The position numbers and the translations under genes were made by a program. From contig CAYOJH010000005.1 in NCBI GenBank assembly GCA_964404275.1, forward strand, positions 4,471-68,470: a stretch of DNA of 64,000 nucleotides. The letters run 5' to 3'. How positions within the stretch are numbered: the first letter of the stretch is position 1; each line of letters begins with the position of its first letter. Below are positions 18,692 to 27,560 of this stretch, piece by piece. The notes beneath the pieces were generated by a model that was not told the origin of the DNA, did no database searches, and saw only the letters and a program-made list of their open reading frames with translations. The stretch comes from an uncultured Gammaproteobacteria bacterium (GTDB lineage: Bacteria; Patescibacteriota; Patescibacteriia; SG8-24; DYFX01).

Positions 18692-19699
18692 TTACACGTT
18701 GCGCGCGAGACCTTTCGTCACGAGCGTGTATTCGATCGTGCGCTTTAGGCCGTCGTCCAGACGGACGAGCGCGATCCAGCCGAGCTCGTCGACGGCTTTG
18801 CGCGTGTCGGGCAGGCCGAGCGGCGTCATGAACAGGAGCGGCGCTTCGAATTTCACTTCCGATTTGGAGTTCGTCATGGCGATGACCTTGCGGGCCACGT
18901 CGGCCAGCTTGAGATCCGCGTCGCCGCCGAAGTTGACCGGCCCCGGATTCTTGGAGACGCGCATCAAACGGACCAGGCCGTCGACCAGGTCGGTGACATA
19001 GAGAAGCACCGTGCTGAAATCCTCGTCGCCGTAAATGACGAGGTCGCGACCTTCGAGCGCGTCGAGCACGAAGTCCGGCACCATCTCGCCGTCGTTCAGG
19101 CGCTGGCGCGGGCCATAGGTGCGGAAGATGCGGGCCACGCGGACGTCGAGGCCGAAGACCGAGGCGTAGGTGTAGCAGGCGGTTTCGGCGAAGCGTTTGC
19201 CTTCGTCGTAGCAGGCGCGCGGCGAAGCATGATTCGTGACGCCCATGTCCGTCTCCTTGAATTTGCTGCCGTCGGCGTGGCGCGGGCCATAGACGACGGA
19301 GGTCGAGCCGTGCAGGAAGCGCGCCTTGTATTTGACCGCCAGCTCGAGCACGTTGCGCATGCCCAGCGAATTCGCCAGGAACGTCTGGATGCGGAGATTA
19401 TCGAATTTCTTGGCCGAGGTCGGGCAAGCCAGGTGGTAAATCTCATGGACGCCGTGCACGTCCAATTTGAAGCGCGCCAGTTCCGGAAACGCTTCCGGAT
19501 CGAACGGCTCGTTGATGTCGTGCTTCAGGAACTCGAAATCCGGGTTCTTGAGCATCGTTTCGATGTTCGCGACCTCGGACGTGATGAAATTGTCGATGCA
19601 GATGACCTGCTGGCCGTCGGCCAGGAGGCGTTCGCAGAGGTGCGAGCCGATGAAGCCGGCTCCGCCGGTGACGATCGCGATGCGCTTTTCTTCTGCCAT
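18692..19699 (-). CDS. UDP-glucuronate decarboxylase-like SDR
   Basis: GGAGFIGSHL, IYHLACP, RACYDEGKR, RIFRTYGPR. Confidence 0.88.
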   Translation of the reverse strand: MAEEKRIAIVTGGAGFIGSHLCERLLADGQQVICIDNFITSEVANIETMLKNPDFEFLKHDINEPFDPEAFPELARFKLDVHGVHEIYHLACPTSAKKFDNLRIQTFLANSLGMRNVLELAVKYKARFLHGSTSVVYGPRHADGSKFKETDMGVTNHASPRACYDEGKRFAETACYTYASVFGLDVRVARIFRTYGPRQRLNDGEMVPDFVLDALEGRDLVIYGDEDFSTVLLYVTDLVDGLVRLMRVSKNPGPVNFGGDADLKLADVARKVIAMTNSKSEVKFEAPLLFMTPLGLPDTRKAVDELGWIALVRLDDGLKRTIEYTLVTKGLARNV

Positions 19700-19746
19700 A
19701 AGGAAAAACAGTGGTTGCCTTAACTGGCACCAGTATACGGGGGGTT

Positions 19747-21384
19747 TCAGGGTTTGAAAAGCACGACGGGCTGGAGGTCCTTGTCGGTTTCGATGGTCGG
19801 GTCGGCGGCCTTTTCCGCCGCCGGTTGGTCGTCCGCGGAGCTCAAGATGTCGGGTCCGAACCGATAACCGGCCAAGAAGGCGTCCGGCAGGTCGTCCACC
19901 AGGCTGGCCCAGTTGGGACCGTAGATCGAAGCGGCGACTTGTTCGGAAACGATATGCCGCAAGTAGCCGCCCTTGCCGACCGCGTAGACGTCCGGCAGCG
20001 TCTGGACCTTGATCAGCCGCGTGCCGGGGCGGTACGTGATCATGCCGCCGAGCGGCAGCGCCGCCAGCGCATTCTCGGAAATCGTCTTGACCTGGGTGAA
20101 ATCATGGAACCAGGTGGCATACGTTTTCGCGTTGGGGAAAACGTAGCGCTTGCCGTCGGCCGCCTCGTAATAGACGGACGAGAGTGCCGGTGATTTCACG
20201 AGGATGCCTCCGACGGCGGGCGGGACAGGCAAGCCTTGCGTCGGGATGGCCGAGATCGGAGCGCCCAGCAGTTTCGCTTCGACGGCGGCAACCGAGGCAG
20301 CCGCGTCGATGCGGCCGGCGCCGAGCTGGCCTCCGTACCCGCCGTTGATGCCATCGACATTCACGGCGTGCGCGGTGATGAGCGCTCGCACGGCCGCGGG
20401 CGTCAAGGTCGGATCGAGCGAAAGCAGCAGGGCCGCGACGCCGGAGACGATCGGCGCGGCCAGCGAAGAGCCGGACCAGCCGTCGCCGTACGGCTGATTG
20501 AAACCGGCGATGCCGGGACGATAGACCTGCGTGGTCGCGATGTTTTCGCCCGGCGCGGAAACCGTGATGCAATCCGAACCGTAGCTCGAAAAGCTCGAAC
20601 GGCGGCCCTGCTGATCCAGGGACGCGACGCCGATCAGGATCGGTTCGTCGGAGGCGCCGCGATAGCAGACGGGATATTCCGGATAGACGTTCAAGTTGCC
20701 GCCGCGCTCCGTGTCGCCTTCGTTGCCCGCCGCCGCCACGATCACGATGCCGGCTTTGTACGCGTCCCGCAGCGCATCGGCCAGGGCTTGGCTCTCGTTC
20801 GGACCGCTGAAGCTGATGTTGATGACCTGCACGCGCCGCGCAATGGCATACCGCACGGCCGCCACGACCGCGGAGCTTCCGCCCGAACCATTGCTGTCCA
20901 AAACGCGCAGCGGCAGGATCCTCACGTTCCAGTTCACGCCCGAAATGCCCTCCGCGTTATTGCCGACCGCGCCGATCAAGCCGGCCACGAGCGTCCCATG
21001 GTTCGCGCCTTCCTGCGAAACCGCCCCGGTCAAGGCCGGGCTCGGATCGTTGTCATTGTCGACGAAATCCCAGCCGTGCACGTCGTCGACGTAGCCGTTG
21101 TGATCGTTGTCGAGGCCGTCGCCGGGGATCTCTCCCGAGTTGGTCCAGATGCGATCCTGAAGATCCGGATGCGTCAGGTCGACGCCCGAATCGAGCACGG
21201 CGACCGTAACCGTCGGCGAACCCTTGGCGAAATTCCAAGCATCCGGAAGCCCGACCGCGCCGAGATACCACTGATCCTTATACAGTGGATCGTTCGGCGC
21301 GGCCGCCAAGGCCGGAGCCGCCAACAACAACACGCCCAAAAAGGCGCTGGCGGCTTTAAAATAGGCGGTGCTCCGCTTTTTCAT
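19747..21384 (-). CDS. S8 subtilisin-like serine protease with C-terminal surface domain
   Basis: Signal peptide; LDSG, HGT, AAAGN, GSSLAAP catalytic motifs. Confidence 0.93.
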   Translation of the reverse strand: MKKRSTAYFKAASAFLGVLLLAAPALAAAPNDPLYKDQWYLGAVGLPDAWNFAKGSPTVTVAVLDSGVDLTHPDLQDRIWTNSGEIPGDGLDNDHNGYVDDVHGWDFVDNDNDPSPALTGAVSQEGANHGTLVAGLIGAVGNNAEGISGVNWNVRILPLRVLDSNGSGGSSAVVAAVRYAIARRVQVINISFSGPNESQALADALRDAYKAGIVIVAAAGNEGDTERGGNLNVYPEYPVCYRGASDEPILIGVASLDQQGRRSSFSSYGSDCITVSAPGENIATTQVYRPGIAGFNQPYGDGWSGSSLAAPIVSGVAALLLSLDPTLTPAAVRALITAHAVNVDGINGGYGGQLGAGRIDAAASVAAVEAKLLGAPISAIPTQGLPVPPAVGGILVKSPALSSVYYEAADGKRYVFPNAKTYATWFHDFTQVKTISENALAALPLGGMITYRPGTRLIKVQTLPDVYAVGKGGYLRHIVSEQVAASIYGPNWASLVDDLPDAFLAGYRFGPDILSSADDQPAAEKAADPTIETDKDLQPVVLFKP

Positions 21385-21419
21385 GTGGGTAGTGTAGCCG
21401 AAGAAAGAACGAACGCAAA

Positions 21420-21443
21420 CCCCTGCACCGGATGGTGCAGGGG
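21420..21443 (-). terminator. Intrinsic terminator after the S-layer-like gene
   Basis: CCCCTGCACC-4nt-GGTGCAGGGG followed by a T-rich stretch on the minus strand. Confidence 0.7.
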
Positions 21444-21494
21444 CATTGCGTTCCTTAAGGATTCCCTTAGGGCGCGGACGAGGTCACGCTCTGA

Positions 21495-24400
21495 TTAGGA
21501 GCGGGTCATCGTCTGAGCGTCCGACGGGAGAACCTTGATGAAGCGACCGTTCGTCCAGTCGTTCGACGAGCCAGACGCATCCGACGAAAGGTTGGTGTCA
21601 ACCACGTCGTTATGCGGGATCAGGCTATTGTCGGACCAGATGAAGTTGTACTCGCCGTCAGCGGCAGAGCCATCATAGTCGTCGATGGCGGTGTGAGCGA
21701 CGGACGAGAACGTGAACGGAACGCCGTTGTCCAATTCACCCGTCACCTGGGCGGTGTCGCCGAGGAGCGAGGTGCTGATGGACTCTCCGGAAGCGTCAGC
21801 GCCAGCAACCGTCACGCGAAGCTCATAGGTCTTCGACGTACCGGCAGCAATCGTCTGTTCGTTGGTGAACGAGACGTGGAGCGTGCAGGACGCGGAGGAA
21901 GCGGTAGCGCAGCTACCGATGTCAGAGGCACCAGCGATGTTGGAGCCTTGACCCACTTCGCGGATCATCGAGTCGGCCGCAGTCGTGCTGGCCGAGATGT
22001 TCGAGCCTGACACGTTGTTCAGGTTGAGGTTGAAGGACACCGTCTTGAGCGAGAGCTGCTGGGCCGCATCGGCCGTCACCGTGAAGCGAGAGATCACCTG
22101 CGTGCCGTTCGACAGGGTCGAGGTCGGCAGCGCGGCGAGGCTCACCGTCGGCTTGGTCTTGCGGTTGCGCTTTTCGCGGCCGCTGACAGCGCCCGAGTTG
22201 CCGACGAGATCGATCGTGCTGGAGCCGGCGGACGTGCCGCGGACTTCATACGTACCGGTGTCGCCGGAGCAGTCCGAGTTGGCGCCATCGCAGAGCTTGA
22301 CGGTCAGGTCGAGACCGGAGGCAGCGCCGCCGGAACCAACCGCGTTCAGGTCACCCTTGACGGTCAGCGTCTTCGAGCTGTCCTTCAAAACGACGAAGGA
22401 GAAGCCGGAGAAGTCCGCGTTACCCGAAGAGTTCACCGAGACCGGGCCGGCAACCATCGTTGAACCATCGTACAACCAGAGGTTGTTGACGGCCGTGACG
22501 GAAGCGGACGGGATCGACAAGCGAACCTTATCGAGCTTGAGGTCTTCGCTTTGCGCCGTGAAGCGGTACTTGGCGAGAACCGAGGTCGTGCCGCCGAGGA
22601 CGATGCCTGCTTCGGATTCAGAATCATCCGGGGCGAGAGCATAGGTCATCGAGCCGTTGGCCGAGATGATCATGCTGGCAGACGTCACCGAACCGGACTT
22701 CGAGACGGCGTTGCCATCCTTGTCCTGAGCGGTCACGTCGGCGTTCGCGACGGTGAAGCGAATCGTGTCGTTCAGGTTGGCGATCGAGCCGGAGAGGTTG
22801 CCCGAGAGGGACAACGTCACCGTCTGACCGGCCGGAACGACGAGGTTCATGTTGCTGAACTGCAGGAGACCGCCATCGTTCGAGGCGCAGGACGCCGTCG
22901 AGGAAGTCGGACTCTTGATGTCACCCACCTGGGTGGTGCCGTTCATCAACTTGGCCGAGAGCAGGATGTCGGTCGCGAACTTGTCGGTCGAGCCCGTGTC
23001 AAGGCCGTTTTCACAGCCGTTGGCAAAGGTCGTGTCGTTGTTCGCGTCGACCTGCGTCTGGACCGTCATCGAGGTGACCGTCACGTCGCCGCCCTGGCCA
23101 GCCTGGAGGCTGATGCCGGCGAGCGGAGCGTTCTGGGTGCCCTGGATGTAGGTCTGCGCAACCGGCGTGGAGGCCGTCGAAACGGTCAGCGTCGGAGTGC
23201 GCAGGGTCATCGCGTTACCCGTGATCGTCGAGGACGGGACGATGGTCGACGTGTCGACGAAGGTCGAGTTGTCGAGGTTGCGGATGTCGCTCGACTGGAA
23301 CGGCGAGAGACTCAATTGAATCGAGTCGCTGTCGAGAGCCGCCTGGTTCGCGACGTCCATCGTCACCTTGAAGGTGCGCGACTGGCCGGCGGACAACGAG
23401 AACACGTCCGTGTAGACGAGGTTCTGAGTGGTGTCGTTGCCGGAGATATCGACGTCCTTCGGACCAGCGACGACCTGGCTGGAAGCCGTGTCCGTCACCT
23501 TGATGTCGGTGTAGTTCGCAACGCTCGGGGAACCCGAGGAGTTGACGAGACCACCGGCGGCATCAATGCCGGTCGCCGTGATGGCGAGGCGGAGGTTGCG
23601 GACTTCGACGTTGGACTGCGAAGCGAGCGTGAAGTTCAGGACTTCCTGATCTTTGCCGTTCGTCGCAATGTCATGCGCGGCCGGGCCATTGAAGGTGATC
23701 GTGATCTGACCGCCTTCCACCGCCGAGTACGAGCAGTCGCCCGCGCTCGAGGTGCAGCTGTCGCCGTCGTACGCAGTGCGCGTAACGGAGGCGCCATAGC
23801 CGAACGTGCGGCCGACAGCCCAGACGTCAGTGTCCTCTTCCGTGGCGAGCTTGACGGTGTCACCCGAGCGGGCGCCGCCACCGATATCGCCCCAGACCTC
23901 GTAGGTGCGGGTGTTGCCCTTTTCGAGGAGGGTGTTCTGCGTCAGGACGAAGGTCACATGATCCTTGGCATCGATACCGGACGCCGACGCAACGTCAGTG
24001 CCGCCGGAGCGGAGCTTGAGGTTGGTCAAGTTGGACGACGCGATATTGCCGCTCTGGAAGAGCGTGATGCGCTTGATGTCGAGGTCTTCAGCCGCTCCAG
24101 CGGAGAGCTGGAACTCGGCAAGCTTCACGCCCATCTGACCGACTTTCGGGTTGGTGATCGAACCGCTCTTGGCGATCGTGACCGAACCAACCGTCGCGCC
24201 GGCGAGAGTCATGTTGTTGCCCGAGACCGGGAGACCGGAAGCCGTCGAGGTGCCGCTCATGAGAGAGGTGACCTGGAAGGCGTTCACGTCACCGGACGAA
24301 GCCGAGCCGGACATCGTCGCGGCGACCCAGAAGGTCCGGGTCTGGCCGGCGGCGAGGTTCCAACCGAGGCTGTTGAAGGTGACATCGTTCGTCGAGCTGT

Positions 24401-25208
24401 TGACGGAGCGGCCCGTGGTCAGACGGACATCGCCTTCGAACAGGTAGACGTTCGAGAAGTCAGACGGCGAACCGGCGCCCATACGATGGAGCGTGACGGA
24501 GTCGACCGAGAGGGCCGAACCCGTGCCGTTCGAGACGTTGAACTTCATGTAGTTCACGCCGACCGCGCCCTTCGGCACCGTGGCCGAAGCCGGGCTGTCG
24601 GACGCGAGGCTGACGGAGAGACCGGAGAGCATACCAGGACCCGAGGACAAGTTCTTGTCCTGGTTGATGGTCTGGCTTCCGCTCATTTCGTTGGCCTTGT
24701 TGTAGTCCGAAGCCGCATTCAACGCCGAACCCATCGAGTAGTTCGTGAAGAACGCGTCGGAGACGTCGTCAATCTGCTTGTTCCAGGTGGAACCGTACAG
24801 ACCGGAAGCGACGGCTTCGGAAGCGATCGGACGGAGGGTGCCGCCTTTGGAGATGGCATAGACCTTCGGATCGCTCTGAATCTTGATCATCTTCACGCCC
24901 GGGCGATAGGTGACGTTGCCACCGATCTGGACGGAAGCGAGATCAGCGTCAGAAATCTTCATGACGCCGCTGAAGTCGGAGTACCAAGTGAAGTACGCCT
25001 TGTCGTTCGTGAACACGTAGCGCTTTCCATCGCCACCGCAGTAGTAGACAGCGGCGAGAGAACCTTTGATGAGACTACCGCTCGTGCAGCCGGCGGCAGA
25101 AGCCTTCAAAGGAGCGACGAGGACGGTCGCCATCATCGACCAAAGAATGGTCGTGAGGACAACGCCCATCGTCAGAGCCTTGCGGCTCATTTTGAGGACA
25201 TCGGTCAT
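21495..25208 (-). CDS. Large S-layer-like surface protein
   Basis: ~1237 aa, signal peptide, Ser/Thr/Gly-rich Ig-like repeats, biased codon usage, long structured leader. Confidence 0.8.
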   Translation of the reverse strand: MTDVLKMSRKALTMGVVLTTILWSMMATVLVAPLKASAAGCTSGSLIKGSLAAVYYCGGDGKRYVFTNDKAYFTWYSDFSGVMKISDADLASVQIGGNVTYRPGVKMIKIQSDPKVYAISKGGTLRPIASEAVASGLYGSTWNKQIDDVSDAFFTNYSMGSALNAASDYNKANEMSGSQTINQDKNLSSGPGMLSGLSVSLASDSPASATVPKGAVGVNYMKFNVSNGTGSALSVDSVTLHRMGAGSPSDFSNVYLFEGDVRLTTGRSVNSSTNDVTFNSLGWNLAAGQTRTFWVAATMSGSASSGDVNAFQVTSLMSGTSTASGLPVSGNNMTLAGATVGSVTIAKSGSITNPKVGQMGVKLAEFQLSAGAAEDLDIKRITLFQSGNIASSNLTNLKLRSGGTDVASASGIDAKDHVTFVLTQNTLLEKGNTRTYEVWGDIGGGARSGDTVKLATEEDTDVWAVGRTFGYGASVTRTAYDGDSCTSSAGDCSYSAVEGGQITITFNGPAAHDIATNGKDQEVLNFTLASQSNVEVRNLRLAITATGIDAAGGLVNSSGSPSVANYTDIKVTDTASSQVVAGPKDVDISGNDTTQNLVYTDVFSLSAGQSRTFKVTMDVANQAALDSDSIQLSLSPFQSSDIRNLDNSTFVDTSTIVPSSTITGNAMTLRTPTLTVSTASTPVAQTYIQGTQNAPLAGISLQAGQGGDVTVTSMTVQTQVDANNDTTFANGCENGLDTGSTDKFATDILLSAKLMNGTTQVGDIKSPTSSTASCASNDGGLLQFSNMNLVVPAGQTVTLSLSGNLSGSIANLNDTIRFTVANADVTAQDKDGNAVSKSGSVTSASMIISANGSMTYALAPDDSESEAGIVLGGTTSVLAKYRFTAQSEDLKLDKVRLSIPSASVTAVNNLWLYDGSTMVAGPVSVNSSGNADFSGFSFVVLKDSSKTLTVKGDLNAVGSGGAASGLDLTVKLCDGANSDCSGDTGTYEVRGTSAGSSTIDLVGNSGAVSGREKRNRKTKPTVSLAALPTSTLSNGTQVISRFTVTADAAQQLSLKTVSFNLNLNNVSGSNISASTTAADSMIREVGQGSNIAGASDIGSCATASSASCTLHVSFTNEQTIAAGTSKTYELRVTVAGADASGESISTSLLGDTAQVTGELDNGVPFTFSSVAHTAIDDYDGSAADGEYNFIWSDNSLIPHNDVVDTNLSSDASGSSNDWTNGRFIKVLPSDAQTMTRS

Positions 25209-25401
25209 AAGTGATGAGATCCTTTCTTCAAGTTTAGTTTCAGCGGCACGGCCTTGCGGCCTCGACCTTCTTAGCGCCACTGTTGCCCAAAGGGCCCGTC
25301 CGGGAGGTTCCTCCTGGATCGGAGTCCGTTTCGCATCCTGGGATGCGGAACAGGCTTCGATCCGAGAAGATTCTCGGACGCGTGTTAATAAGGGTGTTGC
25401 G

Positions 25402-26427
25402 TTACGGCGACGTCGCCGTGGCGCTTCCGTTGGTTTCGGCGGTCGCCGTGGCGGAGCCGTCCGTTCCGGAGTTCTTGTCGGCCGTCTCGGCTTGCGTGAC
25501 GAGATCGGCGCTTTCGTTGACCTTCAGGACCGCGGCGCGGAAGTCGCCTTGCGAGAGCAGCTGTTTGGCTTCTTCGACGGCCTGTTTGGCCTTGGTGGTG
25601 AGGAGCAGGCTTTGCGAGGTTGTCTTGGCCCCCAAGCTGTCCTGGGCGACCGCCACGTGAGCGGCGAAGGTGTCGATGCGTTTGCCGACCGACGAGGTCA
25701 GCTCCGCTTCTGGTAAGACGTTGGCCGCAAGGCTTTGTTTCTCCACGAGAATCTCCAGGGCTTTGACGGAAACCTGGTCAAGATTGAGCAGGGCCAGGCG
25801 AAGCGCGGGGCGTCCGACCAGGAGGCCGTTCTTGAACAGGTCCTGGTAGGCGTCGGTTTTGGCGTCGACTTGCATCGCGACTTTGACGGCGACATCGGCG
25901 TTGCCTTCCGTTTGGAGCTCCGCCAGATCCTGGCGGATGCCGATCATTTCGTCCGAGAAGAGGCTGGCGGCTTTGGCGATCTTGGCTTCCTTGTCCGAGC
26001 CGGAGCTGGTGGACAGGCGGGCGATTTCATCGAGGCGGCGTCCGGCGATTTCCACGCGCCGTTCGGTGCGATCCGATTTCGAGGCGAGACGCAGGCTGAC
26101 GGCTTCGGCGGCGAGTTTCACGCCGTAGAGCATGTTGCCCGGCAGCGTGTCGTGCGCGGCCGCGACCAGCGCGGCAGACGAGGCGCCGGCGCCCGCGACG
26201 AGCAGCAGCATCATGGCCGGCACGGCCAGCGTCCTGGCCAGGTTCTCCGGCATGAAGAGGCGGAGGTTCCCAGCGAATGCGCGAAAACCGGTCCGCCGTT
26301 CCTGGCCGACCGTGTTTCCGATTTGCATCATTAACGTCTCCTTCGTGGACGCAAGCCAACGCGCGTCCGGGCTTCCGCCCGCACGCTCATCCTTCAGCGC
26401 CTTCAGTTGCTTTACGATGGAGTTCAT
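25402..26427 (-). CDS. DUF5667-type membrane protein, putative anti-sigma factor
   Basis: One TM then LPGNMLYGVKLAAE...RRLDE helical domain; directly downstream of the ECF sigma. Confidence 0.75.
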   Translation of the reverse strand: MNSIVKQLKALKDERAGGSPDARWLASTKETLMMQIGNTVGQERRTGFRAFAGNLRLFMPENLARTLAVPAMMLLLVAGAGASSAALVAAAHDTLPGNMLYGVKLAAEAVSLRLASKSDRTERRVEIAGRRLDEIARLSTSSGSDKEAKIAKAASLFSDEMIGIRQDLAELQTEGNADVAVKVAMQVDAKTDAYQDLFKNGLLVGRPALRLALLNLDQVSVKALEILVEKQSLAANVLPEAELTSSVGKRIDTFAAHVAVAQDSLGAKTTSQSLLLTTKAKQAVEEAKQLLSQGDFRAAVLKVNESADLVTQAETADKNSGTDGSATATAETNGSATATSP

Positions 26428-26995
26428 TGTCGTTTGTGGTTTCCGCGGCGACCAGATCCCGGATGGCCGAGAGTGCGCGATGCAGGAGCACGCGCACGTT
26501 GCCATGCGTTTTGCCGAGGATCTTGGCGATCTCGAAGGTTTCGAGCTCGTCCAAATATTTCATGACGAGCACTTCGCGATATTCGTCCTTGAGCGAGCGG
26601 AGATGCTTTTCGAGCATCGCCACGTCGATCTTGGCGTCCGTCTGTTTTGAAGTCGCGCGGTCGTCCGCGATCTGCTCTTCCGCCTCCTCTAAGAGAGGAA
26701 GGGTCTCGCGACCGGCTTTCGACCGGTAGTGGTCGATCACGCGGTTGCGAGCGATACCGTAGAGAAGCGCGCTCAGGTGTCTCACTTCCTTGCCCTTCTC
26801 GTCTAAGAGATAGGACCAGGCCTTCAGGAAGACGTCGGCGGTGAGGTCTTGCGCCTCTTCCACGGACGACACCTTAAAGTAAACAAAACGATAGATCCGT
26901 GTGGCGTAGAGATCGTAGATCTTTCCGTACGCCTCCGGATCTTTCTTCGCGCGAACTCGGTAAAGGAGAAGCTTCTCTTGGAGCGGATTGCTCAT
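26387..26995 (-). CDS. ECF RNA polymerase sigma factor
   Basis: AQDLTADVFLKAW, LYGIARNRVIDHYR, EIAKILGKTHGNVRVLLHRAL. Confidence 0.93.
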   Translation of the reverse strand: MSNPLQEKLLLYRVRAKKDPEAYGKIYDLYATRIYRFVYFKVSSVEEAQDLTADVFLKAWSYLLDEKGKEVRHLSALLYGIARNRVIDHYRSKAGRETLPLLEEAEEQIADDRATSKQTDAKIDVAMLEKHLRSLKDEYREVLVMKYLDELETFEIAKILGKTHGNVRVLLHRALSAIRDLVAAETTNDNELHRKATEGAEG

Positions 26996-27195
26996 GGCTT
27001 TAGACGGAGGGGGCTTGCAAAGCGTTACAGTCCGTCTTCAATGAAGGTAGGCTACCATAAAGACAAGGGCGGGTCAATCTGGACACCCAAAAATAAGGCT
27101 AGGTTCAGCGTATGGTTTGGTGACAAATTTGATCCACAGCTTGCGTAAATTGGCATAGTTGTCTACACTGGAGTGGACAAATATCACTTTCCCAC

Positions 27196-27510
27196 ATGGA
27201 GTCTCCCAAGAACATCATCCGCGTGTCCGTCTCCGAAGCCGCCAAGCTTTTCGGCATTTCGACCCGTACGATCCGCCGCGCCATCACCGACGGCGAAGTC
27301 GCCTATGTGGTCGTTCGCGGACGGTATAAACTGAACTTTGAGAGCCTCGTGAAGTGGTCCCAGGTCCGCCCGACCGTCCGCAACAAGCTGGCCACGACCG
27401 GCATCGGCCAGTTCGTCGAGCACTGGAAGATCCGCAACAAGCTGTTCAGCCCGAACCCAAAAGTTTTCGAACCGAAGGACGAGGAGAAAAAGAAGAGCTC
27501 CGACGATTGA
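27196..27510 (+). CDS. HTH_17/excisionase-like DNA-binding protein
   Basis: SVSEAAKLFGISTRTIRRAI helix-turn-helix. Confidence 0.8.
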   Translation: MESPKNIIRVSVSEAAKLFGISTRTIRRAITDGEVAYVVVRGRYKLNFESLVKWSQVRPTVRNKLATTGIGQFVEHWKIRNKLFSPNPKVFEPKDEEKKKSSDD

Positions 27511-27560
27511 CAAACGGGCTCAAAAGTGATACGTTTGGCCGATTTAAACGGGTGCACTCC

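Noticed and set aside
27196-27510. Excisionase-like gene as a sign of a prophage or ICE
   Set aside because: No integrase, phage genes or att-like repeats nearby
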